Assembly: GCF_036321535.1 (NCBI RefSeq)
Contig: NC_087436.1
Span: 51,090,001-51,154,000, forward strand
From: Camelus dromedarius
Lineage: Eukaryota
Length of the DNA stretch: 64,000 bases
Reading direction: 5' to 3'
Shown here: piece by piece, positions 25,380 to 36,775 of the stretch
How positions within the stretch are numbered: position 1 is the stretch's first letter
Layout: every line of letters begins with the position of its first letter
Translations under genes and position numbers: made by a program
Notes under the pieces: model-generated
What the model saw: only the letters and a program-made list of their open reading frames with translations
Databases searched by the model: none
What the model was told of the DNA's origin: nothing

Positions 25380-26683
25380 AAGTTTATAAAAAATATCGAA
25401 AAGTTTCACACAGTCTGTTATCGCAGCATTCTAAGTAAACTTGTTCTCTTAACAGAGAGGAACCAAAATCTAGTCCTACATTCGCCTAATTTAAATAACA
25501 AAATCCAAAATCTGTTCCTTGATGCTGGGGTGGTGGCTCCCATGTTCATATCATGTCCCTTTATATTTGCCTAGTTATCCTTTATATGTATGTATGCTTT
25601 ATCTTTGCTTTACATTTTGCTTTATATTTGCTAGACTTCCTTTATATTTGCCTAGTTATCCACATTGGGGGAAAATTATCAAATCCTGTGAAAAGGCTCA
25701 GAGGTATGTTAATGGGGAAACACTTTCCAGGCCATACGTTTTATCACTTATACCCAAGTTTTACACAAGCATTGTACATGTGCTTTTAGCAACAGACTTA
25801 CAGCAAGCATCGTTATACATCATGAGTTGTCACATTATACTCGGTGACAACTCCATTAGAGAATTCTCTTTCTATCCTAAACACTGGGGGCAATATTGAT
25901 AGTAAGACAAATATTTGGTAAACAGTTCAATTAGAAAACAGAATAAAAGCCAGGAATACTTAAGACAACCAAACAATTATAACTATATTCATCAGTTCAC
26001 CCAATCCCATGCAATCAATCCCCCTCACCAACAGTTTCATGAAATCCAAGGTTTGACTAGAACTCTTAAACATCCTACCAGCTCAGCAGCGTGATTTAAA
26101 AGAAACCTGTACTTGTGAAAAAGTCCGCCCCACAGATCGCCTTGAGGATGAAGCAGTTTCGCAAAGCCACCAGCTTAATTACTAACGATGACAAAAGACC
26201 CAAAAAGGCAAGGCAGAAGATCTGGTTACAATGTTCTTGACAGAGAGGCTTAAACAAGTTGCTGTGATGTATAGCATTTCAAGATAACAGTCAGAGTCAT
26301 GACTGATAGCATTATATCAGGACACATCTAAATTTCAGAAACTTTATATAATTTCTAGAATGTTCTACATCAACAACATTCATCCATACCGTACATTCCA
26401 AGAAGGCTTATCACTCATTTGACGATGCTTCAGGTGCAATTCAACATACCAACCAATCTTAATTTAATAGTTTTCTCTGGGATATCTCAGAGGCCGTTTG
26501 AAGCCTCCCAAAGTTAGCTGGGAAGTCAAAAGAATGTTAATTAGAATTTGATAGGAAGTTTATAAAAAATACCGAAAAGTTTCACACAGTCTGTTATCAC
26601 AGCATTCTAAGTAAACTTGTTCTCTTAACAGAGAGGAACCAAAATCTAGTCCTACATTCGCCTAATTTTAATAACAAAATCCA
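25380..26683 (+). repeat. 128-bp dispersed direct repeat (25380-25507 and 26556-26683)
   Basis: The copies match at 125 of 128 positions by direct comparison. Confidence 0.95.
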
Positions 26684-27735
26684 TTTACCTAATAAAGTTT
26701 AATCTAATCTCAGCCCAACCATGCACAAAACTCCTTTTTTTGGGGTCCCTTTCTGCAAACTTTCCACAACTTTCTGTATCCATATTAGTTTGTCCTCTAT
26801 TTTTTCCCCCATATAGAAACAACTAGGACCAAATCACTTTGTTTTCCCTTAACAAAATGCAGTTCCATTCCTCATGCCTTTTTCTTTTTTTAACCAAAAA
26901 CATATATCCTACTTGCCTACTGTATACTGAAATGTTTCCCCCCATTATTTTTAGTAGTTTCAATTACATATTTAAATTAGACTCCTCAATTCTTAAAAAT
27001 CTTAATTTCTAGTGAAATGTTTCAGTGTCTTATTTTGTTTGGGAATGACCAAGCTATTCAACTATTCAATAAACTTCCATCATTTAACTTAATTTAGCAC
27101 AACTCAAAATTTCAAGTTACCTAATATCTGGAGAGATCATTTTTAACTAGACATTCCTGAAACAATGATTTCTAAAGAGTTTGTCCAAAAGCTATTATCT
27201 CATTTGCATTTAATTCAATTATAAGAATTTCATCATACCAAGTTGATTTTTTTCTTTCTGCTGACAAACTGCAACAGAAACATGAACTTATTGACCTTCA
27301 GTAAACCTACATATAATAAAAGACATGTCTGTATTGATTATACCAATAAGCTTAAGCTAGTTTTAATATCAGATATCAATATTAAATATTTCCCAGATCA
27401 CATGAAATTTGTTGTCTAGCTTCTTTTATACTTAGAAGTATTTAATTTGTAAGCACTTCCTTTTAAGTCAATTAAATAGAGCTTATTTACAAGTTAATTT
27501 TTTTACATGAAGACAGGCAGAACCAGAGATCTCAGTTTTTCTGCTTGAGTTTTAAAAGAAACTCTATTTTTCACTGAGACCCCAGGTAGGTCATCTATAT
27601 CTCAAAGGCATTGGAAGAGAAATGCAAATTCCTCTTCTACAAAAACCTAACCATCCTGGCTATTTTCAGGAATTTTTTTCCAGTTCCCAAATACCCACTT
27701 CAGTTTAAAAAAAAACAAACCCAGTGATAGACAAT

Positions 27736-27842
27736 TATATATATATAGAGAGAGACAGTGTACCACCCCAGTCAAACTCCCCACCTGGCACTGTCCATAT
27801 ATATATATATATATATATGCACACATACACACACATATATAA
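27736..27842. repeat. (TA)n/(GA)n and (TA)n/(CA)n microsatellites flanking the rRNA fragment
   Basis: Directly visible at 27736-27755 and 27797-27842. Confidence 0.85.
27754..27796 (-). pseudogene. 28S (LSU) rRNA fragment, 43 nt, covering the P-loop (helix 80) region
   Basis: Reverse complement ggacagtgccaggtggggagtttgactggggtggtacactgtc versus 28S GGACAGTGCCAGGTGGGGAGTTTGACTGGGGCGGTACACCTGTC: one CpG transition and one 1-nt deletion. Confidence 0.9.
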
Positions 27843-28864
27843 ATCATTGGCTCACATTTGTATGCCTCAGTTTTAGCAAAACCAGGAGGAGAGAACAGGA
27901 TTTGGATTCAGGTACTGAGGCTCACACACACACACACACTCACACTCAATCAAGATAAAAGCTGAAGCAATTGCAAAAAGCCCACTTTGATATAACAGCA
28001 GAACCACTGGGGCCATTGTTCTCCAGATCTCGGGGAGTCCTGAGCCCACACAGTATTACAATAAAAAAAAATACCATTTTCGTTCATTTATAGGAGCATA
28101 CCTGAAGATCTCCCAGTTTTGCAAAATATATCCTAGGGGGTCTATAAGATGGAACAGAGCTCTGATCATCCATAAGTAATCATTCACAGCTGATTTTATC
28201 AAATACTAAGCTAACAACAATTCAAAACAGTCTTTGGGTTACAGTTCCCTTGCCCCAAAACGGGAGAAACCCCAGCCAATGCACCATCAGAGATGGAGCT
28301 GAATGAATGACCAAGGCTAACCTGAAAGGGAAAATCCTGACCAATGCTCTGCCATAGGCAAGGCCAGCACAATAAGGAATGGTACCCTGGTGCCGTCACA
28401 TCCAATCCCCCTTGCTCACCAAAGATGTCTCAACCAGCCAGCGCAGGTACTTACACACACACATAAAAAGAACAAATACGATCCCACAATCAAAAGACCA
28501 GATGCGGTGCAGCCCAATAATTCCACTTCCACTCCCAGATGGAGGCCTCCAAACGGATGTGCCCCCAGCTCTCAAAAAAGAACGGACCTAGAGTGCTCAC
28601 AATGAGCCCAGAGGGGCTCACTTCCCACAAGGGGATGAGCTCAGGTAGAGTGGAGGATTCCCAGCCTGTGTAAGCTGAAGTAACTCACCCCCAAGCGACA
28701 CTGAATGTGGACCACAGCTCCCGATGTTTCTTGGCTCCAGACAGCTTCAGGCTGTTGCCTGCAGAATCCCACCCAGTTCCCTGGAGCGAAATGAGCTCTG
28801 GCAGCTGCTGGGACCCAGGGAAGGGGATGCCCCCAGCTAGGGTTGACCTGCTTCAGCCACAGAC

Positions 28865-28882
28865 CCCTAGGCTGGCTTGTCA
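28865..28882 (-). other. Degenerate retroviral primer-binding site (tRNA-Arg type)
   Basis: Minus strand TGACAAGCCAGCCTAGGG versus the Arg PBS TGGCGAGCCAGCCAGGAG, 4 nt inside the LTR end. Confidence 0.6.
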
Positions 28883-28886
28883 AAAT

Positions 28887-29335
28887 TATTACTGGGCGCA
28901 AGTTTGTGTGCCTGACCTTAAAGGCCAAAAACCCCTCCAAAACATTGGAGTTTGGGGCAGAGAAAGGTTTATTGCTGGGCTGAGCAAGGAAAACGTGTGG
29001 CTCATGCCCAAAAGACCCTGAATTTCCTGAAGGGTTTCAGCTGAGGGTTTTTAAAGGCCCACTGAGGGCGGGGCTCCCCAGGGCCTGTGATCAGCTGTGC
29101 CCAGTTCTCTAACTGATTGATGGTGATCAAACCTTAGGCACCAGAATGTCTAGGGGCTACGTGCTCATGACCATCATAGTTTATTTCTTCCACTGGGTGG
29201 TGGTTTTTAGCAACTGAAAAACTCAGGAAATCTGCATGAGATACTATTATCTGGGTGCCTCAGAGAGGAGCTACAGTAGAGGGTATGGGGGAGGGGGTCT
29301 GTCCCTGGAAGCTCCCATAGGGTCCTTTGGTTACA
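28887..29335 (-). mobile_element. ERV1 5' LTR of the decayed provirus
   Basis: Plus strand runs tattac...ggttaca (minus strand starts TG). AATAAA on the minus strand at about 28968, with the PBS adjacent. Confidence 0.85.
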
Positions 29336-30050
29336 TCCCTTCCCACAAGTCACCCTGCAGTTACACTGAATTACTTGGTGTTCCTCCCGGATGGATGCCC
29401 TGTTATTTCTCACTTCCATGCCTGTGCTCATGTGGTCCCCTCTGTCTGGAATGCACTTCACTTCCTTTTTCATCCAGCTAAGTCTTATTCATCCTCGGTG
29501 TCACTTCATGAGGACTTGTGGGCCTCCTTCCCTGGACTAACATGATTTACTGCTGGAATGGATGAGAAGGGGAGGAAATGAAGATGACTTGAGGTTTTGG
29601 CCTCAGCAACGAGAAGAATGGGACTGTCACTCTTTGAGACCGAGGTTTTGGGGCTAAAATCATGATCTGGTTTTGGACATACGGAGTTTGAATGACTATT
29701 AAATTTGCAAGTGAAGTTATTGATCAGGCATTTAGCTAGAAGAGACTGGAATTCAGGGCCAAACTAGGGATGCACATCAGCATAGAGATGGTATTAAAGC
29801 CATGAGGCTGAGGGAGAGTATCAAGGGGATGAACAAAGAAGGAGAACAGGTCCAAAGACTGAGTCTCAAGGCAACCAGGTAGTAATAATCTGTTCATGTA
29901 CATGCGTCCCCACCAAGGGATGAGATCGTGGTACTCCTGGGCTTTGTTTTCATTATCCTTTTAAGTACCTTGTATAATATTGCATGTATAAACGTTGTTT
30001 AATAAATGCTTGTTCAATGAAATGAATTAGTGAATGGATGGATGAGCTAG
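29336..30050. mobile_element. L2 fragments (both orientations)
   Basis: gctcatgtggtcccctctgtctggaatgc (plus), ggttttggacatacggagtttga (minus), and tail aataaatgcttgttcaatgaaatgaa. Confidence 0.65.
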
Positions 30051-32115
30051 AATGGGTGATATTAAACAGAGGTCACCATGCCAAATACCTACAGGACACA
30101 AGCAACAGTGCAGGAAAATAAAGCATCTTAGGTGTAAGTAACAGGGAGCGGTACGGGCCATGGGAAATGGAGACGTATGTGCTTCGGCAAAAAGAGGGAA
30201 GCCTTGACTTAGGTCCAATTGATTGCTACGATGCACAAACTTTTGTCAAGGGCAGCCAGTTTTTCTGATTTCAGGAGAAGCTGGACATTTCAGACTTTGT
30301 TAATGTGGAATTTTCTGTGAGCCAAGATTCTGTAGGTCAGATGAAATTTGTCCTGAATCTGTTTATTATCCTGCCAGGTCATGACCTCTGATCAAGTAGT
30401 TCAACATAATTTATAGATGAGGAAAAGCAGGCTTTTCTGTTATCTATTATTAGACAGGGAGCTAACCTTTTCCAGGCAGCAAATGACCCTTTTACCTTTG
30501 GCTAAGATTTAGGCTGCCTTTAAGCTCAAACAGAAAGGCAGGAAAACTGTAACCATGAAAGCTGCTCAATAAATATTCTTATATGTGTTCTGCTTCTTTA
30601 ACTCGATTGCTTAACTTGCTCCTTTCCTTTGGTTTCCGGGATTTAGTTACCACACATAGCAGTTTTTCCACCTGAAAAATGGGATAACAATCTTTACCTT
30701 AATTATCTAACAGGGTTAGTATGAGAATCAAATAAGAGAATCTAAGTTTAAGTGATGTGAAAGGCTTAAATGGAACGCAGCTGTGAGCTGCTGTTACCCT
30801 ACGCTCCAGAGGTTAACCCAGGCTGAGGCATAAATGGCTGGCTAAGCTCAGTGGTCTTGGCCAGTGTGCCCTTCAGTGTGAGTGGAGAGCATAAGGCCAA
30901 AGTGAATGTACTAAATGCAGTTCTCTGTAAGTGGGTAGTACAAAAACCCAAAACAATGAAATATGCTTTCTTCATGTCTGGATTGGTCCAGGGATAAATT
31001 AAAAAAATTATTTATTGGGTTGGGTAAACATTATACCGTTTAATTAGTCCTTCATGAATATTATTTCTTGCACTTTGACTTTGGATCAAAGTTGGCCAAT
31101 GATGCATATTTTGCTAGTTGACAAATGTCTTAGAGTAATTATTTGGTGTTACTGATTGAAGTACATGTATTTTTAAAACTCATATACTTCACAAATAACA
31201 GATTTAAAAAATCAACTGAGCAGAGAGGTAAAAGGGAATGTCACCTTAGGAAAATCAAGGTGCCCAGCTTAGACTTTGTCTTGATTTGGCACGGGCCTAC
31301 CCCTGCACAGAGGAGGCCTGGGAGCACTGTAGACAGTGTAAAGATTTTTCTCAGAAAACAGTTCTGAGTCTGCTCCAGGATAAGGGCAAATCAATAAACA
31401 AGGTTCCAAAGTTCTACACTGTAGACCACGGCTTTGACAATTTTTGCCTGGAAAAATTTCAAAGCAGAATTACCCACAGAAAAATCTCAGAAATCCTTCT
31501 GTGAAATGTCTGACTTTGAGAGTTTCCTAGTGACCCTTCTGGGGAAAATCACTTGTGAAATGTACCCCATACTAATAAAAATGATTGAGATGCTGTCTAA
31601 GGTTGTTGGATATAAACCAATGAAACCTTGGAGGACATCTGCCAGGAATATGAATTTATGTTTAGAGATAATTGATCTTAAATGAACTCTTTCTATTACA
31701 TGGTAGGAATACTGTGTATTGAGCCCAGTACTAGTACAGAATATTTCTCTTTTTAGTTTCTTTGTTTGTTTTTGTTTTTTGGCAAGGGGAATTATACTCA
31801 GGTTATAAAGTTGAGCTTGGTTTCTTTCAATTTCTAATAGTCTTATGAGACTGCTGTTAACTGGGTATTTGTCTACAAATTAACAAACTGTAAATGTTTG
31901 GATTTTCCACACAACTACCCAAGAGAGGTGCATAATTAAAAGAAGTACTCAGAGGCTTTGAGCTATGCTCCAAAACCTTATGTTTTAGAGGTGCTCTCAG
32001 TGACTGAACTTGTGTATAATGAATCACATTCGGTTGCATAAAATGACTCTTCCCCTCTACCAATGACCTTACACCTTCTTTTTTTTTTTTTTTAAACGTT
32101 TCTAATTTAACTCAC

Positions 32116-32159
32116 CTGCCATAGCATACAAACTCCTAGGAGTAGATCAGCAGACATCA
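32116..32159 (-). other. Candidate 44-nt exon (unidentified)
   Basis: Minus strand: long pyrimidine tract ctttctttttccttcttccacttccctaccctcccacAG | TGATGTCT...TGGCAG | GTGAGT. Confidence 0.3.
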
Positions 32160-32619
32160 CTGTGGGAGGGTAGGGAAGTGGAAGAAGGAAAAAGAAAGTG
32201 GCATGTTCTAAGGCTTAAAAAAAACAGCAACAACAACTTTCCCCCCTTAATTTCTCTTCAAAAACTGCAAAAGTGACATGAACTTAGTGAGAGTGAAATA
32301 GTATAAAGATAAAGAAAAAAGCCAATGATCAATATATTTTTTCACCTCATCTCCCGGCCACCTCCCCATCTTCTGGGTTCTCAGAGCAACGAATGTTGAC
32401 AACCTGGTGGATATCCTGTCACACAGTCTACTTGCTCATTCATTCACGAAACGACTGGTACATATGAAATCCCATGGGTCCTGAATTCAGCTGCACCATT
32501 CTCTCCACGGACCTGACTTGGAATCTCCTTTTCCTTAGGGACACCAAGTAGTTGCTGTCTGGGTTATGAAATGAAGTGTGACAAGAAACATCAAAGAGCA
32601 CCAACAGAGATGGCTCTGG

Positions 32620-33010
32620 GAACTCAGCTAGGATGACTCAAATGGCTGAGGAGGACTTGAATGACTGGGGCTGGAGGTCTCTACTTCCAAGACGGCCTCT
32701 TCCTCACACATCTCTCCTCGGTGGAGATGGCTGAAGAACCAGCTCAGCAGGGATTGTTGGCGGACCGTGGGTCTGAGCCTACTCCAGCATGGCGGGCTCA
32801 GGGTAGTCAGACTTCTCCTGGTGACCCAGGTCACTCCAAGAATGAGCGAGGCAGACGCTGCATGGCTTCTTATGACCTCAACTTAGAAATCACATGGTAC
32901 TGACCCCTCAGTACCCTACTGGTGGGAGGAGTCACAAGCCCACCCACATCCAGGGGATGGGCACATGGGCTTGCCTCTTGATGGGAAGATGAGTGCACAT
33001 TTGTGGCCAC
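32620..33010 (-). mobile_element. MLT1 (G/H-like) LTR fragment
   Basis: ggggctggaggtctctacttccaagacgg...ctcagggtagtcagacttct...ttatgacctcaacttagaaatcaca. Confidence 0.75.
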
Positions 33011-33910
33011 TCCCTAAGAGTTCTCCCGTGAAATATTTATCTGAGAAGCTCATGCTTGCTTTGTATCAAAGTAGAATATGGCTAATAGGCTAATAATTTG
33101 TTTTGCTCCTTTAAAAGTTGCTCTTTTAAAAATAGGGCTGACTGTATTCTGAGCCTAACCAGGCAGGGCCACATTCTTAAAGATTGTAAGTGCCAACAGA
33201 GATTGTAAGTGCTGACGTCAGCCTGTCAGAGAAGACCTTGACTAAATCATGGCAAGAATTCTTTATTATGTACTTTATTTAGCTTGAGCTGTGAATCAGC
33301 TCTCCTAAAGGTGAAAACTTTACTGAGACTGAGGTATAAATAAGCCTGCATCACAAAGTTTAGGGTCATTGCCCTAAAAATAAAGTATAAGTCAGCTTCT
33401 CAGGTGGCACATGATTTGGACTTCCATGATCCCACCCAACATGATAATACTGTTGGATTCTCCATCTCCAGGTCTGTCTTCATTAGTGGTTCCAACAGCG
33501 AAACTCAGGCCCTGCACAATCATTTCTTATACCTAAGGTTTTATAATGCAGCAAAAATTTATAGTAAAACCATGACAAAGTGGTGGCCATGGTACCAGGT
33601 ACTCAGATATAAAAATGAATAAGGTAGGGGGGCTGCCTTCAAAGAGCACACAGTCTGGTGGGTGTTTCTGGCATGTGAACAGATAAATTGCAGCAGAAGT
33701 CATTACCTGGAAATGAATCACGTGACCCTAGAGGGAGATCTGTGTGCCTGGGCGTTCACGCTGACAAGCACCTATAACCCCTCCTCTCTGCCCACACCTG
33801 AGCTTTTGAACCTTATCTCTTCTCTGGCCTTTTAGGATGTCTCTTTGATAGACTTCAAAGCCAGTGTTTTCCTCTGCCTTGATTTTTTGCTTTCATGACT
33901 GACTTGGATT

Positions 33911-34032
33911 CTTTTTTTTTAATTGAAGTATAGTTGATATACAATATTGTGTCAATTTCTGGTGTACAGCATAGTGATTTAGTTATATATATATACATTC
34001 CTTTTCATATTCTTTTTCATTATAGGCTATTA
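33911..34032 (-). mobile_element. Very short L1 3' end with 9-bp TSD
   Basis: Poly-T plus aattgaagtatagttgatatacaat...; TSD acttggatt at 33902-33910 and 34033-34041. Confidence 0.85.
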
Positions 34033-34129
34033 ACTTGGATTTCTTCTTTTTCCCTGACATTCCCCTTTTCCACAATATTTTGTCTCAATCCTGTTTTTTG
34101 TGTCTAACCTCTAAAGCCTGAGGGTAAGA

Positions 34130-35400
34130 GATTCATTCATTAAAACATGTAAGTTGAAAAGTGACTCTATGCTGGGAAAAATGCTAGATGCTGGAGATAC
34201 AGTGGTAAGCCAGTTACATACAGTTCCTGTCTATTGCAAGGAGCTTACTTCTGTAGGATGCCTCCTAGACTCTCGGAATTATGTGTCTGGCCTGGTCAAA
34301 TGTGGGGTTAGACCCTGAGAAAGTCAGGGGAGCCTTTCTGGCCAGGTGACATTTGATCTATTATTCTTTTCTAATGAAAAATTAGAAGTTTTCCAGGTTG
34401 GGGTGGAGGTGGAGTGGTGGACGACCGGACACTTCAGGCAGAGGATGTAACATAGGCCAAAAATAGGCAGAGCACGGTCAAGTGGGGAGACAGAGAAGTT
34501 CATCTGGAGTGTGGTGAGGCATATCAGAGAGTGAAGCTAGAGAAACAGATTGGGGTCATATTGGGAAGTGCCTTGTATGGCCCTTCTGATGAAGTCTGAA
34601 CTTAATCCTGTAGGAAAGGAGAATCAGCAAAAATTTAGAAGCAGGATGGTGACAAATCAGATCTGTTCTTCTCTAAGAAGGTAAACCACGCTGGATGGTC
34701 ACAGGGTGGGGAAAAAACAAATAGCAAGAAGATCGGTTAGGAGACTAGGCATTATCCTTGATTAGAATGTGTGAAAGCCTGAGTGAAGAGGTCAAAAGAG
34801 GGGACAACGAGCAGAGGTTAATTTCACAATAGAGTTTCAAGGTGGAATCAAGAAACCCCAGTGACTCACTAGCACAGAACACTTGACGAATGGTAAGATC
34901 ATCGATCTAAGACAGAAGAAGAGGGACGAGGAGCAGATTTTTGTGAGTAAGAGAACACCAAGTTTTGTTTTGGATACTTGGATATTCAAGTGAAAATGCA
35001 CGGGAGACTTTGATTTGAATCTACCGAGGGAGAGAAGATGGGCTGGAGACTCATTTCTAGAGGCCAGAAGAGAGGCAAATGGACAGAAAGTTAAAAAAAA
35101 TATTCGAGAAAGAAGGAGAAAAGTCAACAAAGATTGTGGAATCAGCGAATAAGGAGGAGAAGCAGCAAAGATTAGCCTCTTGGCAGGGAGGAAAGATCAA
35201 ATAGACGAGTAGGGTTGCTTCCTGGTTGACCAAAGTTCTGTGAGCGTCTGGGACAAGTGTGGGTGCATGTGATGACGAGGATGTAACAAGGATCAGCTGC
35301 TGGTTCTGATGCTTAGGATGTTGCCACTGATGGTTGCACCAAAGTGATATCCGGTGCAGTTTTCGGCCCTCCATCTTGGTTCTTGCAAGTCGGGAGTCAG
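34130..35400 (-). mobile_element. L2 fragment(s)
   Basis: Starts attcattcatt (L2 tail reversed), then tgctagatgctggagatacagtggt and an L2 purine-rich body. Confidence 0.7.
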
Positions 35401-36619
35401 AATGGAGTTAGAACACTTCCTGGGTTGGTCTCACTCCTGAGAAAAAGAGGACTCTAGAAACTTGGAACACCACTTTCCAAAAGTTAAGAATCACGGGAGA
35501 CATCATCTGCCTCTTGGGAATAATTGCACTCTAGTTTTAACTTTAAGTTACTTTTTTCCATTTCTGTGCCTGAAGCACAGAAAGCCTGATGCATTTGGTT
35601 GAATACCACGTTTATTTTTTATTGCATTAGAGATGTTTTTGAGTTGGCATGTTATGCAGTTTTATGCTGAAGAATATTTCAGATTGTTCTAAAAAGTCCT
35701 CCCCAAGAAAGCAGTAAGAATTTTCTCTTTCTTCATCATAGATGCACAAGCCAATTCCAAGAGAAGACTTTTGCCCAAATGGCATTTGTTTCCATAGTTT
35801 ATTTGTTCATTTAGTTTCCATCGGGAAGTATATTAATTATAAATGCTCCAATTGTTTGAGATGAGTCATTTAATTTGCACAGTCCCTTGTGAGTAGTGTT
35901 TGGTATCAAAGTATCTGGACTCAGTTTAGATGCTAAGTGACAATCGGGTGTGGTGGAGTTAGTTCAGAACGATGCTGGCTGACTGCCCTGGGAAGATTAA
36001 TATCCACATTCTGGATTATCTGGCTGAATGAAAGCACTGCTTGTAGATTAGAAGAGAGTACAGTGGCCAGGTGACCTGGAAATAATCATAATGGGAAGAA
36101 AAATCACCATAAAACCAAATCAAGCCAAACACTTACTCTGCCCTAGAGAAAGTGATATGGGAACAGGGCTTAAAAGGGAGCCCTGAAATTCACTTCCAAG
36201 AGTTAGTCTTTTCACTCTCTCTTTGTTGATAGCATTTTCATTTTTGTCTCCTCTATGCGATACAATCTGTGGGGTGACTCCTTCCTTCTTTTTAAAAATT
36301 GAGTGTTAATCAGCAGTGTAATTGAAGCCTTTCCTGTTTGGTTCATAAAGGAAAGTGCTCCATTATGTGCATTTAACTAGGCTTTCTTTCAGATCAGAAT
36401 CTCCGTTGTGAAATACAGTGGCAATCATGCAACATCTACTGACTTGTATTTACACAACTATCTGTGTATGAGTTGTGTTTTTCTTACTTAATAATAAGTA
36501 CTTTCAGGGCAGGAAACACTAGCTTTTCATCCATCTGTTTGTCCATCCATCCATCTATCCATTTACCAAAACTCTAAGTATGTGTCAGGAACAGTGAGGA
36601 AGAGGACAGTTTGACTGGG

Positions 36620-36775
36620 GCTGTGGTTCCTGACCAGGCCTGCACGTAAGAGTCCCCTGGGTTCCAGGGCTCCACTTCCTTGAAGTCTGTTTTCATTATG
36701 TGACCTGGGTGTTGACGTACATTTTTAGAGCTTTTAAGGTGATTCCAGGGGGCAAACAGATTGAGAGCCTCTGAG
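36620..36775. mobile_element. MER5-like hAT MITE
   Basis: catttttagagcttttaaggtgattcc...gattgagagcctctg. Confidence 0.5.

Larger units (their letters stand above)
24620..28886 (-). mobile_element. Decayed non-coding ERV1 internal region (MER4/MER34-group-like)
   Basis: Follows the LTR, PBS and a leader splice donor (GG/GTGAGT at 28683-28690). It is AT-rich non-autonomous-type internal sequence with no intact gag/pol/env. The left boundary is approximate and no 3' LTR was found. Confidence 0.7.

Noticed and set aside
25555..25662. Short direct repeats with variable spacers (CRISPR-like look)
   Set aside because: These are degenerate tandem ctttatatttgc units inside an ERV, with no regular spacers or cas genes, in eukaryotic DNA.
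27647..27847. ORF containing GQCQVGSLTG
   Set aside because: It is a translation of the 28S fragment and microsatellites.
36604..36623. ggacagtttgactggggc resembling the same 28S segment with an internal deletion
   Set aside because: Only about 14 contiguous matching nt, among decayed repeats; compatible with chance.
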